A stretch of DNA of 64,000 nt from a bacterium (GCA_963674965.2 CAXXFL010000006.1:1088001-1152000); one strand, 5' to 3'. Numbered from the stretch's first letter, positions 9,712-19,346 are shown. Notes: generated by a model not told the origin, from the letters alone. Numbers and translations: made by a program.

Positions 9712-11382
9712 ATGAGTAAGGAAAAGTCGGAAACCGGCTCCAAGGCAAAGTGGGAGGATGACGTATTAACTCCCTTCCTTAACAAGAGCCCCGAGCGCAA
9801 AAAGCGCTTTCAAACCGTAAGCGGCAGGGAGATCGAGCGCCTGGCCTCGGCCGAGGACTTAAACGGTTTCGATCCTGAAAAGGAACTCGCCTTCCCCGGC
9901 GTCTACCCCTACACCCGAGGCGTTTACCCCTCCATGTACAGGGGACGGCTCTGGACCATGAGACAGTTCGCCGGGTTCGGCACGGCCAAGGAAAGCAACG
10001 AGCGCTTCCATTACCTGATGAAGCAGGGCGTGACCGGCCTGTCGGTGGCTTTCCATATGCCCACCATAATGGGACGGGACTCGGACCATCCCCGCTCTCT
10101 GGGTGAAGTGGGCAAGGTGGGAGTGGCCATCGACACCCTGTCGGACATGGAGACCCTGTTCGACGGCATCCCCCTTGACAAGGTCACCACCTCGATGACC
10201 ATCAACGCCCCGGCCTCGATCCTCCTGTCCATGTACATCGCCGTGGCCGAGAAGCAGGGCGTGCCCACCGACAAGATCGGGGGCACCATCCAGAACGACA
10301 TCCTCAAGGAATACATCGCCCAGAAGTCATGGATTTTCCCGCCCCGGCCCTCGCTCCGGATCATCACCGACGTGCTCTCCTATTGCGCCGGGCGCGTGCC
10401 CAAGTGGAACACCATCTCCATCTCCGGATACCACATCAGGGAGGCGGGAAGCACGGCCGTGCAGGAGCTGGCCTTTACCATCGCCGACGGCATCGGCTAC
10501 GTCCAGGCCGGCGTCGAGGCGGGCATGGACGTGGACGACTTCGCGCCCCGGCTGTCGTTCTTCTTCAACGCCCACAACGACTTCTTCGAGGAGGTGGCCA
10601 AGTACCGGGCCGCCCGCCGCATGTGGGCCCGGATCATGAGGGAACGTTTCAAGGCGAAGAAGCCCTCGAGCTGGAAGCTTCGTTTCCACACCCAGACGGC
10701 GGGATGTTCCCTTACCGCCCAGCAGGCGCAGAACAACATTATAAGGACCACCATCCAGGCCCTGGCGGCGGTGATGGGCGGCACTCAAAGCCTTCACACG
10801 AACTCGATGGACGAGACCCTTTCCCTTCCCACGGAGGAGGCCGTGACCATCGCCCTTCGCACGCAGCAGATCATAGCCGAGGAATCGGGCGTGGCCGACG
10901 CCATCGACCCTCTCGGCGGCAGCTACTTCGTCGAGAAGCTGACGAGCGATATGGAGGCCGAGGCCATGGAGTACATCGACCGCATCGACGAGATGGGCGG
11001 CATCGTCTCGGCCATCGAGAAGAGCTTTCCCCAGCGGGAGATCAACGACGCGGCTTACCGCTACCAGTGCGAGGTGGACGGCCACGAGCAAATTATCGTG
11101 GGCCTTAACAAGTACGACACCGAGGACTATCCACCCATTCCCACCTTGAAAATTGGGCCCGAGGTCGAAAAGGAACAGGTGGCGAGCCTGAAAAAGGTCA
11201 AGGCCGAACGCGACAAGGCCAAATGGGCCGAGAGCCTGGAAAATCTCGAGAAAGCCTCCCTCGGGAAGGACAACCTGGTACCCTTTGTCCTCGAGGCCGT
11301 AAAGGCCTACGCCTCGGTCGGAGAGATTTGCGACGTCTGGAGAAAAACCTTCGGCGAGTACAAGGCCCCCGCGGATTTTTAG
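9712..11382 (+). CDS. icmA: Adenosylcobalamin-dependent acyl-CoA mutase large subunit, isobutyryl-CoA mutase-like
   Basis: [52 protein letters not shown]; no C-terminal B12-binding domain. Confidence 0.75.
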   Translation: MSKEKSETGSKAKWEDDVLTPFLNKSPERKKRFQTVSGREIERLASAEDLNGFDPEKELAFPGVYPYTRGVYPSMYRGRLWTMRQFAGFGTAKESNERFHYLMKQGVTGLSVAFHMPTIMGRDSDHPRSLGEVGKVGVAIDTLSDMETLFDGIPLDKVTTSMTINAPASILLSMYIAVAEKQGVPTDKIGGTIQNDILKEYIAQKSWIFPPRPSLRIITDVLSYCAGRVPKWNTISISGYHIREAGSTAVQELAFTIADGIGYVQAGVEAGMDVDDFAPRLSFFFNAHNDFFEEVAKYRAARRMWARIMRERFKAKKPSSWKLRFHTQTAGCSLTAQQAQNNIIRTTIQALAAVMGGTQSLHTNSMDETLSLPTEEAVTIALRTQQIIAEESGVADAIDPLGGSYFVEKLTSDMEAEAMEYIDRIDEMGGIVSAIEKSFPQREINDAAYRYQCEVDGHEQIIVGLNKYDTEDYPPIPTLKIGPEVEKEQVASLKKVKAERDKAKWAESLENLEKASLGKDNLVPFVLEAVKAYASVGEICDVWRKTFGEYKAPADF

Positions 11383-11417
11383 ACTGTATCAGGCGGGCCG
11401 GATTATTCGATTTGGCC

Positions 11418-11450
11418 AAAACCGCGGGCGTCCCGCGGCGCGGGATGGGT
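11418..11450. repeat. Palindromic repeat X, copy 1
   Basis: aaaccgcgggcgtcccgcggcgcgggatgggtc, similar to 12308-12340. Confidence 0.55.
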
Positions 11451-11488
11451 CGAGAAGCGCGGCTGTCGGTAGGACGGAGCGGTAGCAG

Positions 11489-11590
11489 GCTGAGTATTGC
11501 TATTTTCTAAATCAAGCGAGGATTGTTGTTTTCAGTTACGCCACTTGCAAAAGGGCCTTTCAATGCGATTGGCGTCAGAAGCTTCCAGCC
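11489..11590. repeat. Left part of dispersed element Y (homologous to ~21546-21642)
   Basis: aaaagggcctttcaatgcgattggcgtcagaagcttccagcc vs aaaaggtcgttccaacgcgattggcgtcagaagagttcagcc, with weaker similarity extending upstream. Confidence 0.65.
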
Positions 11591-11609
11591 GGCACAAAAT
11601 GGGGAAAAC

Positions 11610-12278
11610 ATGAAAAGATTTATGCTCGCTATTCTAATATCGAGTCTTGCGATATTGCCATCGTGCAAGGATTTTGAGGGAGGAACTTCGAAATCGATGC
11701 AGGAGGATTTTGATAAGATCAGGCTTGATCATGTATTAATCATTGACGCCCTGGTCAAGGAATATAAAGCTAAGACTGGTAAGTACCCTTTTGAAGGTAA
11801 ATACGAACAACTGCCCGTTGCCGTTGTTATAGAGTCTGAAGCCCAAAAGGAATCCCACAAAGGGAATGTGCCTCTTTTTATTGATTTGAGTACAAGAGCG
11901 GTTGATGGAGATATTCCACCTCAACCCAAACGAATCGAAACGATCACAATCCAGGAGCTTAATGAGGAATTATCAAGTGGTCTTCAGAAAGATGTAACAT
12001 TACCCGTAGACCCCCAGAAAGTGCCCGTTAACAAACCCTCCGTTTACGTGTACACCTTTTATTTAGGCGTATATGACATTACGGCCTTCTTACATAACGA
12101 GTTCGCATTTGCGCGCCCATTGAACGAGTTCAACAACAAGATCACGGTTGGAAACCGCTCTCATCCCGAATCCGGCATTTGGACGGCGGAGGATTTAATC
12201 GCGCTTGAAGAGTTCAGGACCTTTTTTCAAGCTCCGTTTAATAAGCCCGGATACGTTATCAAGACGGCAATTGAATGA
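11610..12278 (+). CDS. Hypothetical lipoprotein, AT-rich relative to neighbours
   Basis: Signal peptide with lipobox-like LPSC; atypical codon usage. Confidence 0.65.
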   Translation: MKRFMLAILISSLAILPSCKDFEGGTSKSMQEDFDKIRLDHVLIIDALVKEYKAKTGKYPFEGKYEQLPVAVVIESEAQKESHKGNVPLFIDLSTRAVDGDIPPQPKRIETITIQELNEELSSGLQKDVTLPVDPQKVPVNKPSVYVYTFYLGVYDITAFLHNEFAFARPLNEFNNKITVGNRSHPESGIWTAEDLIALEEFRTFFQAPFNKPGYVIKTAIE

Positions 12279-12287
12279 TTCGGCGGG

Positions 12288-12340
12288 TGACCCGTCCGTT
12301 TTCGAAGAAACCGCGCGGGTCCCGCGTAGCGGGATGGGTA
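12288..12340. repeat. Palindromic repeat X, copy 2
   Basis: tgacccgtcc...aaaccgcgcgggtcccgcgtagcgggatgggta hairpin just after the lipoprotein stop codon. Confidence 0.55.
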
Positions 12341-12441
12341 CAGCGCCACGCGAATCGACGAGTCGAATTCGAGGCCAAGAATTTTCCTTCCGCCACGCCT
12401 TATGCTAATTTGTATCTTGCAACCTCGACCCCGATACAATC

Positions 12442-12680
12442 ATGCGGATCGAGACGAAAAGACTGATTCTTCGCGAGTACGTGGAGAGCGACTGGGAGGC
12501 CGTTCATCTTTACGCGCCCATACCAGGCTTTTCCAGGTTCGAGGAATGGGGACCCAACTCGGTCCAGGACACGAAGGATTTCATCGCCCGGGCCATGGAA
12601 AACAACGGCCGCGCTCCCCGTCTGCAATACGAATTGGCGGTGATCCTGCAAGGCGACGGCCGGCTTATCGGCGGCGTCGC
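12442..12680 (+). pseudogene. Truncated RimL/RimJ-type GNAT acetyltransferase
   Basis: MRIETKRLILRE...ELAVILQGDGRLIGG; GNAT-like sequence stops where repeat Y begins and the frame then runs on to 12897. Confidence 0.7.
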
Positions 12681-12710
12681 CGCCCACGCAATATTGAAGA
12701 CAATATCGCG
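12672..12710. repeat. Right part of dispersed element Y (homologous to 21645-21683)
   Basis: cggcgtcgccgcccacgcaatattgaagacaatatcgcg vs cggcttcgccgcccacgcgatattgaagacaatattgcg, 3 mismatches in 39. Confidence 0.75.
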
Positions 12711-12783
12711 ATGGGCCACCCCGCGTACGGGCCGAGGGGAAAAAAACATCACGCCGCCCCGGCCTCCCGGAAAATTATCTACT

Positions 12784-12966
12784 TCAGCTTACCAGGATAG
12801 CCAGGGCGCCGTGGACGACGGCCCCTATTACGAGGGCTATGCCGGTGGATTTATGGACCTTGATGGGGACCTTGATCCAGTGCATGCCGCTCGATAGCTG
12901 GAACAGGGCCAGGAGGAGGTTGATGATCCCCAGGATGAGTATGATGGACACGCCGGCGATTGACAT
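12784..12966 (-). CDS. Small two-TM membrane protein with three His residues
   Basis: 60 aa, two hydrophobic helices, TGATG overlap with the upstream gene. Confidence 0.65.
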   Translation of the reverse strand: MSIAGVSIILILGIINLLLALFQLSSGMHWIKVPIKVHKSTGIALVIGAVVHGALAILVS

Positions 12967-13349
12967 CACGAGCCTGCCTGGTCCAACTCGACCGTCGCCT
13001 TGGCCGGGCCCTCGCTCCCGTGCACGTTGCAGTTGCCCTCCGCCTCGAGTTCGAGTTTTTCCTCGACTTTCAGCTTGTACTCGAGGGTGAACTTTTCATC
13101 CTCAGGGCGCGACGTGGACGAGTACTCCCATTTCTTGACCTCTTTGCCGTTAACCTTGAGGACCACCCAGTTGGTGTGATGGAGCATGCCGTTACCGTGG
13201 TGCGAGACGTTGATCCTGACCGTGATCTCCTCTCCCGCCTTGGCCTTTTTGGGGGCCTCGATCTCGACCTTGGTCTTGTCCGCCCGGGCCGCGGGGGCCA
13301 GCGCCAGTAAAACGATCAAAACGGCCGAATAATAAAAAGGTCTTCTCAT
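12966..13349 (-). CDS. Secreted desulfoferrodoxin/superoxide reductase-like (Fe-binding domain) protein
   Basis: Signal peptide ending APAARA; SHH...HHTNW...CNVHG resembles the SOR H..H.I.W..CN.HG ligand set. Confidence 0.65.
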   Translation of the reverse strand: MRRPFYYSAVLIVLLALAPAARADKTKVEIEAPKKAKAGEEITVRINVSHHGNGMLHHTNWVVLKVNGKEVKKWEYSSTSRPEDEKFTLEYKLKVEEKLELEAEGNCNVHGSEGPAKATVELDQAGS

Positions 13350-13517
13350 GTTCTTTTCTCCCTTCAAGCCGGCCCGCGGGCCGGTCCCGGCCGGTAAGCG
13401 GCCCTGGTTTGTTTTTTCTCTTGGCGAATAATAATGAAGATAACGTGCATTTCCTTTTTTGCGAGTCAGCGGTCACGGCGAAATTACTCGACCGGGTTGT
13501 TATTTATCTCGCTCGGC

Positions 13518-16244
13518 TTAAAGATGGCAGGCGAAGGAATGATCGCCCGATCCGACCTCGTGGACTTTGCCTTCCCCGCCCGGCATTATCACCTTAGCCG
13601 AGGCGTTGGCGGGTATGGTCGCGTCGAGCTTGAAAAGTCCCTCCTCCACTCTCCAGTGGACCGATATGCGGCCCCTGATCGAGTCGTAATGGGCCCTGAC
13701 CCAGGTCAGGTCTCCACCGGGACGGGGCTGAATCAGAATCTTTTTGTAGGCCGGTCCGTCAGTATCGATTCCAGCCATGGAGCCCAGCATCCACTCCCCC
13801 ACCGAGCCATAGGCGTAATGGTTGAAGGAGTTCATGGACACGGGCCCGAAGCCTTTCTCGATGGTGTAGCTGTTCCAGCGCTCCCATACGGTGGTGGCCC
13901 CCTGGTCGATGGAATAGCCCCATGACGGGTAGCGCCGGTTGGTAAGAAGCTGGTATGCCAGGTCCGTTCGCCCCATTTCGGTCAGCACGGGGAGGAGCAT
14001 CTTGAGCCCGAGAAAGCCGGTGGACAAAAGGCCGCCATTTTCCTCGATTTTATCGGCCAGCCGTTTTTCCGCCAGAGGCCTTATTTCATCGGGCAGGAGA
14101 TCGAAGCCCAGGGCCAGAAGATACGCGGTCTGGGAGTCGCCTTGTACCTTTCCGCCCGCGTCCACGAAGGTCCTGGCAAACGCGGCGGCTATGTCCTCGA
14201 ACCTTTTTACGTACACAGCCTCGTCCTCGGGCTTGTCCAGGGCCTTGGCTATCCGGGCCATGAGAGTGCAGTCATAGGCGTGATAGGCGGTGGCCACCAC
14301 CCTCAGGGGAGTGGGATCGTCGATGTTCAGCCAGTCGCCGTATATCCCCAGGGGCGGGCTGATATTGTTTTTGCTCCGGCGCTTCATGAACTCCATGAAG
14401 TCGGCCATGGCCGTGTAATTTTTTTCCAGGACGCGAAGGTCGCCGTAAACGAGGTACATGTTGTAAGGGCATATAACGCCGGCGTCTCCCCACCCGGCCG
14501 CGGCCCCGGGCAGGACGTTGGGGGCCACGTCGGGGAAACGGCCCTTTTCATCCTGGCCATCCGAAAGGTCCACCAGCCACTTGGTGAAGAAGGGGGCCAC
14601 GTCCATGTTGTAGGTGGCCGTTCGCATGAAGACCTGGGCGTCTCCGGTCCAGCCCAGTCTCTCGTCGCGCTGGGGGCAGTCCGTGGGGACCTCGAAGTAA
14701 TTCGAGCGCTGGCCCCAGGTGATGTTCGAGTAAAGCTTGTTGACCAGTGGGTTGGACGTCTCGAGACTCCCCGCGATCGCGAGGTCGGAGTGGGCCACCA
14801 CGCCGGTTATGGCGTCCAGGCCCGGCTCGCCGGGGTATCCTTCCAACTCGACGTACTGGAATCCGTGATAAGTGAAGCGAGGCTCCCAAATCTCCTCCTG
14901 GCCTCCCTTCAGAACGTAAACGTCGGTGGCCCGCGCCGTGCGCAGGTTGGCCGTGTAAACGGTCCCGTCCTCGTTTCGCATCTCGCCGAAGCGCATGACC
15001 ACCTTGTCTCCCGCGGACCCGGTTACCTTAAGGCGCGCCCATCCCGCGAAGTTCTGGCCCATGTCGAACACGAACAACCCGGGCCGGGGTTCGGTCACGG
15101 AGATGGGACATATCTCCATGGTCCTTCTTACCGGAACGCCCGGGTATGACTCGACCTTAATCCCGACCCGGGAGGTTACTTCCACACCCTCCCAGTCATG
15201 GTCGTCGTAGCCGACCATGTCCCAGCCGGGGGTCTCCCGCCGCGCGTCATAGTGCTCGCCGTACTGGACGTCCGCCTCGAGGATGGGACCGCGGGAAGCG
15301 CGCCACGACTCGTCGGTGACGATAACATCCGCCGATCCATCCTCGTATTCCAGCGTCAGCCGGGCGTAAAAGCGCGTCTTGTCGCCGTAATATCTCTGGC
15401 CCTTGAGGCCGATGTTTCCCGCGTACCAGCCGTCGGAGAGGATGGCGCCGACGGCGTTGGGCCCGTCCTCATCGATCAGGTCCGTAACGTCGTAGGTCTG
15501 GTAATAGACGCGCTCTTTATAGTCGCTCCAACCGGGCGTGAAGTAATCGTCGCCCACTTTCCTCCCGTTAAGATGAAGTTCATAAACGCCCAGGGCCGTC
15601 GCGTGTATGAAGGCGTTTTTCAGCCCGCCTCGCGCGTTGAATTCCTTTCTCAGGAAGGGAGGAGGAAGATAGGTCTTTACCGCGCCCGGTAAGAACAGTT
15701 TTTGCATCCCCTTCGGTCCGGGCGTCTTGATTTTCAGGTCCCAGGCCAGGGGCGGGGGGATATGAAAGTAAAGGTCTCTGATCTCAAGGACCGGCGCGTC
15801 CTTTCCAATCCATTTAGCGTCCCACTCCCGGCCCATCATGCCCATGCTCCAGATGGCCGGTTCGCTCCAGCCCGAGGCGGAGCCGCTTTTGTCCCAGACC
15901 ATGACCTTCCAATAGCATCTCTCGCCCGCGCCGAGAGGCTTGCCCTCATAGGGGACCTGGATGGTCTCGTCGCTCTCGACCCTGCCCGTGTCCCAAAGGT
16001 CGCCAGAGTCGCGGTCCAGGTCCTCCCGGCTCGAGGCCGTAAGGATACGATACGCGCTCTGGTACTGGCCCGGCTGGTCCGAGGTCACTATCCAGTCAAG
16101 ACGCGGAGTCGGCTCGTCAACGCCAAGGGGATTCACCCGGTACTCACAGCGGAGCCGCTCGGGAGAAAGTCCTCCCGCCATGGAGATAGCGGGCAGCACG
16201 AGCAGCATGGTTAGAATCATAAGCCTTGAGATATGCCGGTTCAT
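13518..16244 (-). CDS. Alpha-L-rhamnosidase (GH78), secreted
   Basis: LRCEY..NPLG, FTYHGFQYV, PTDCPQRDERLGWTGD, GATTVWERW, MNSFNHYAYG; AGGAG RBS. Confidence 0.95.
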   Translation of the reverse strand: MNRHISRLMILTMLLVLPAISMAGGLSPERLRCEYRVNPLGVDEPTPRLDWIVTSDQPGQYQSAYRILTASSREDLDRDSGDLWDTGRVESDETIQVPYEGKPLGAGERCYWKVMVWDKSGSASGWSEPAIWSMGMMGREWDAKWIGKDAPVLEIRDLYFHIPPPLAWDLKIKTPGPKGMQKLFLPGAVKTYLPPPFLRKEFNARGGLKNAFIHATALGVYELHLNGRKVGDDYFTPGWSDYKERVYYQTYDVTDLIDEDGPNAVGAILSDGWYAGNIGLKGQRYYGDKTRFYARLTLEYEDGSADVIVTDESWRASRGPILEADVQYGEHYDARRETPGWDMVGYDDHDWEGVEVTSRVGIKVESYPGVPVRRTMEICPISVTEPRPGLFVFDMGQNFAGWARLKVTGSAGDKVVMRFGEMRNEDGTVYTANLRTARATDVYVLKGGQEEIWEPRFTYHGFQYVELEGYPGEPGLDAITGVVAHSDLAIAGSLETSNPLVNKLYSNITWGQRSNYFEVPTDCPQRDERLGWTGDAQVFMRTATYNMDVAPFFTKWLVDLSDGQDEKGRFPDVAPNVLPGAAAGWGDAGVICPYNMYLVYGDLRVLEKNYTAMADFMEFMKRRSKNNISPPLGIYGDWLNIDDPTPLRVVATAYHAYDCTLMARIAKALDKPEDEAVYVKRFEDIAAAFARTFVDAGGKVQGDSQTAYLLALGFDLLPDEIRPLAEKRLADKIEENGGLLSTGFLGLKMLLPVLTEMGRTDLAYQLLTNRRYPSWGYSIDQGATTVWERWNSYTIEKGFGPVSMNSFNHYAYGSVGEWMLGSMAGIDTDGPAYKKILIQPRPGGDLTWVRAHYDSIRGRISVHWRVEEGLFKLDATIPANASAKVIMPGGEGKVHEVGSGDHSFACHL

Positions 16245-16375
16245 TGTCTTGTTTCTCCTATTCATCAAAGCCCGCCGGATTCATGAAGCACGATCGGCCG
16301 GCCGGCGATCATTCTATCTCGTAAAGGACTATGAAGACAATTATATTGAAAAGACAAGTGATCGAAAAACGTAAA

Positions 16376-16452
16376 TGGCGCGCCCGGCAGGATTCGAACC
16401 TGCGACCTGCGGATTAGAAGTCCGCTGCTCTATCCAGCTGAGCTACGGGCGC
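16376..16452 (-). tRNA. tRNA-Arg (TCT)
   Basis: Reverse complement GCGCCCGTAGCTCAGCTGGATAGAGCAGCGGACTTCTAATCCGCAGGTCGCAGGTTCGAATCCTGCCGGGCGCGCCA: cloverleaf, TTCGAA T-loop, encoded CCA. Confidence 0.97.
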
Positions 16453-16623
16453 TTGGGGAGGCGGTCGAGCCGGACCGTTTAAGAGATCAGGAATAACGAT
16501 AATATCACGGAGGCGCCTTACAAACAATCTTTCTCGACGGAGGCAAGGGCGCGGATGCCAGGGATGGGCGGCCAATTACTCCCTTAAATTTTGGGTTCGG
16601 CGGGGTCTTGGAGGGCCTCGCGG

Positions 16624-17436
16624 TCATGAGAGGTCCACCAGTTCGGAAATCCTTTGGATTCTTCCGTCCACGAACGCGTCGTCCTCGATAATCAGTTCGA
16701 TGGCGGAGTTGGGGCAGGCTTCCACGCACCTGCCGCAGCCCCGACATTGCTCGCTTATATGAGCCTTGCCGTCCTTGAGGCTGATGGCCTCCACGAAGCA
16801 GGAGTCGATACAATCCCCGCAGCCTATGCATTCCCCTCCCACCTCGAGGCGGACGCCGGGGAGCCTGGTGACCTTGGAGCTTATTTCGGGGGCCAGGTGG
16901 GGTATGGCCCTCCACAGGCAGCAGCAGGGGCAGCAGCTGCATATGGTGAGAAGACGCTCCTTGGGCCCTATGCCCAGCCAGACCGTATCGAGCTTGTTGC
17001 GGCCGATCACGTTGACCAGTCCCGCTTCCCGGCATTTTTCGGCGTGGCGGTGGGCCTCTTCCCTGGTGACTGGTCTTCCCAGCTTGGGGTTGATCCTGGA
17101 GGCGGCCGAGCCCAGGAAGAGGCACCCGAGGTCGATGGGATAATCCTTACAGTGGGAGGCGTCGCGGCAGATGCATTTATCCATAATCCAGTGGCAGCGG
17201 GCCTGATCGATAAAATGATGCACGATCCTTGAAGGTAGGACTATCTCCTCGATACCCTCCACCTCGCGGTCCACCTTAATCACCGCGTCCCGGGGCAGAT
17301 AGGTCATGTCGTCGCCGTCGAACAGGGCCTTCTCCGCGATCTTTCCCATCACCGGAAATCCGGTGGTTTTCGCGATGGGAATGAGAAGATGAAAAGTCCT
17401 CTTAATCAGCTCGACCAGTAACGTCGGCATGGCCAT
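16624..17436 (-). CDS. 4Fe-4S binding (ferredoxin-domain) protein
   Basis: CICR, CSCCPCCC, CIGCGDCIDSC, CRGCGRCVEACP. Confidence 0.85.
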   Translation of the reverse strand: MAMPTLLVELIKRTFHLLIPIAKTTGFPVMGKIAEKALFDGDDMTYLPRDAVIKVDREVEGIEEIVLPSRIVHHFIDQARCHWIMDKCICRDASHCKDYPIDLGCLFLGSAASRINPKLGRPVTREEAHRHAEKCREAGLVNVIGRNKLDTVWLGIGPKERLLTICSCCPCCCLWRAIPHLAPEISSKVTRLPGVRLEVGGECIGCGDCIDSCFVEAISLKDGKAHISEQCRGCGRCVEACPNSAIELIIEDDAFVDGRIQRISELVDLS

Positions 17437-17462
17437 GATTATTTCTCCGTTTGTCCCGATGG

Positions 17463-18623
17463 CTACTCGTCAACCCTTTTCCAGGACGGGTCCCGGCCCT
17501 GGCAGGTCTTAAGCTCATCCAGGTAGATGAGCCGGTAGACCCGGCGGAATTCCTTGCATACGCCGCAGGCCTGGCAGGCGAATTGTTCCTTGTTCTTCTC
17601 CATTTCCTTTTTTTCCCACTCCTCGATCCATTTGGTGAACTCAGGTCCCGGCTTTACCTCGGGTTTCGAGGTTTCCTTGAGAAACGTGGGCCCCGGGGGC
17701 GCGGGTTTTCCCTCCTCGGCCGTGACCACCTTGGGCTTTAACGGCTCGGGTCCCGGCATGGCCTTATTGGCCGCGTTCTCGCATTGTCCCACCACCGTGC
17801 TCTTTCCGATCCACACGGTGGGCCGGTTCGGGTCGGCGGAGGCCGGGTCCTCCGGCAGGGCCTTGCACTGGTTGGAGGCGCAGGTCAGGGTCTTGCCTGG
17901 GGGGACCGTTTCGTGTAGACACTTCAGCTCGCAGGACTCCTCGTCGGGATTGGCCATGTGCAGGCCCTTGAAGTTGTCCCGCCTGTAGAGCTTGCTCATG
18001 GGCCTGGTCTGGCAGCAAACGTACCAGAAGCAGTCATCGTCCGACTCGCAGTAAAGAGGGTCGCTCACGGTCTCGCGGCCAAAGTCCGGCTGAAGGTGAG
18101 GGCACTGGTTGTGATGGGGGCACTCGGATTTTGCGGCCGTCTCTTGAGGTTTCCCCTGAGAGCAGTTTTTACATCCGCCCTTATGTGGGCATTCATGGCC
18201 GCCTTGGGCCCGCGCCGCGCCATGTCCGCCGGAGTGAGGGCAGCCCTCATCAGCGCTGGAAGTCGTCGCCGATCCGGCGGGATCGGCCGGCTTGTCGGCG
18301 GGGATTTCCTTGCCCGGTTTGAAGTCGGGGTCGGCCTCATAAACCTTGCCTTTGTCGTCCACCAGGTACCGGGCGAAGACTTCCTTGTTTATACAACCCG
18401 CCGGGCAATCGCCCCAGCCGCGCCAGTAAGAGATGCGCCATTCCTTTTTGTCCCGGTCGTAGTCGCAGTTGACGCCGGACTTGGCCCCGATAGTGGGGGA
18501 CTCGAGGCAGGCCGGAAAAACCCTCTTGACCACTTCCTTGTTGGCCTCCTCGGCCAAGGCGGTAAGCGCGAACGCGAAAGCAATGGACAGAGCCAGGCCG
18601 AGAGCCGCGGCAAATTTCTTCAT
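17463..18623 (-). CDS. Secreted Cys/His-rich hypothetical protein
   Basis: Signal peptide MKKFAAA...; GWGDCPAGC motif, four CPH motifs; GGAGG RBS. Confidence 0.7.
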   Translation of the reverse strand: MKKFAAALGLALSIAFAFALTALAEEANKEVVKRVFPACLESPTIGAKSGVNCDYDRDKKEWRISYWRGWGDCPAGCINKEVFARYLVDDKGKVYEADPDFKPGKEIPADKPADPAGSATTSSADEGCPHSGGHGAARAQGGHECPHKGGCKNCSQGKPQETAAKSECPHHNQCPHLQPDFGRETVSDPLYCESDDDCFWYVCCQTRPMSKLYRRDNFKGLHMANPDEESCELKCLHETVPPGKTLTCASNQCKALPEDPASADPNRPTVWIGKSTVVGQCENAANKAMPGPEPLKPKVVTAEEGKPAPPGPTFLKETSKPEVKPGPEFTKWIEEWEKKEMEKNKEQFACQACGVCKEFRRVYRLIYLDELKTCQGRDPSWKRVDE

Positions 18624-18872
18624 ATTACTTTCCTCCCGAGAAACGATCTTATTACGATGATGATAGCGCAAAGATCGGAGGTTGTAACCAATACCCCGAC
18701 CGTCTTCCAACATCCGCCTGCTTATTTGGCCCGCCATGGCTTTCCGTCATTACGGAGCGATGAGAAATTACAAGCGGGCGGTCCGCGTGCTTACCCATGA
18801 CCCGACAAAAAAGGGCGGTCAGAGCACTGGAGGTTTTTGCTTGCTGGCTTAAGGTTTAGCCCATTTTACGCG

Positions 18873-18898
18873 AAAAGGGCGCGGCTTGCCGCGCCCTT
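18873..18898 (-). terminator. Intrinsic terminator after the SSS operon
   Basis: aagggcgcggc-tt-gccgcgccctt perfect hairpin followed by a short T run on the minus strand. Confidence 0.7.
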
Positions 18899-18917
18899 GG
18901 AACCAGGTTGAATGACT

Positions 18918-19346
18918 TCAGCCCTTTTCCTCGGCGGAACTCTCGGTAGCGTCAAGCTGTTTGGTAAAGTGCTTGTAAAGCATCCACGTCACCCAGAAGC
19001 TGAAGAGAAAGATTATGCCGGGGACGACGATGCCGATAATTGGCGTACCCTGGTCCGGGCTTTCAGTTTTGGCTATTGCGATTTTTTCAGGGGCGGCCAC
19101 TTTCTCCACCGCCGCCGTTTCCTTGACCGGCTGAGTCTCGGGCGCTTTCATAAGGCTCAGGGCCAGGACCACGGCTATTCCCACGGCAAGCACAATGCCG
19201 CCTATTATGGCCAGGGCGCCGGTGGTGAATATTCTTTCGGCCTTGACGATCCTTTTCCTGTAATTGTAATAAGCCAGAAGCAGTCCAAGGGAGCTGACTC
19301 CGTAGGCCATGGCCATGCCGATTATTTTTCCTAAAGATTCATCCAT
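18918..19346 (-). CDS. Hypothetical three-TM membrane protein, likely co-transcribed with the symporter
   Basis: Three hydrophobic segments; 4-nt gap after the SSS gene. Confidence 0.7.
   Translation of the reverse strand: MDESLGKIIGMAMAYGVSSLGLLLAYYNYRKRIVKAERIFTTGALAIIGGIVLAVGIAVVLALSLMKAPETQPVKETAAVEKVAAPEKIAIAKTESPDQGTPIIGIVVPGIIFLFSFWVTWMLYKHFTKQLDATESSAEEKG

Noticed and set aside
12680-12897. C-terminal part of the 151-aa GNAT ORF as real coding sequence
   Set aside because: Derived from repeat Y and the antisense strand of the small membrane gene
16376-16452. tRNA-Arg as an integration site for an island
   Set aside because: No integrase nearby and no convincing duplicated 3' end; a 12-nt GC-rich match near 29681 is inside the IS and likely chance
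17463-18623. Multiheme cytochrome c
   Set aside because: No CxxCH motifs
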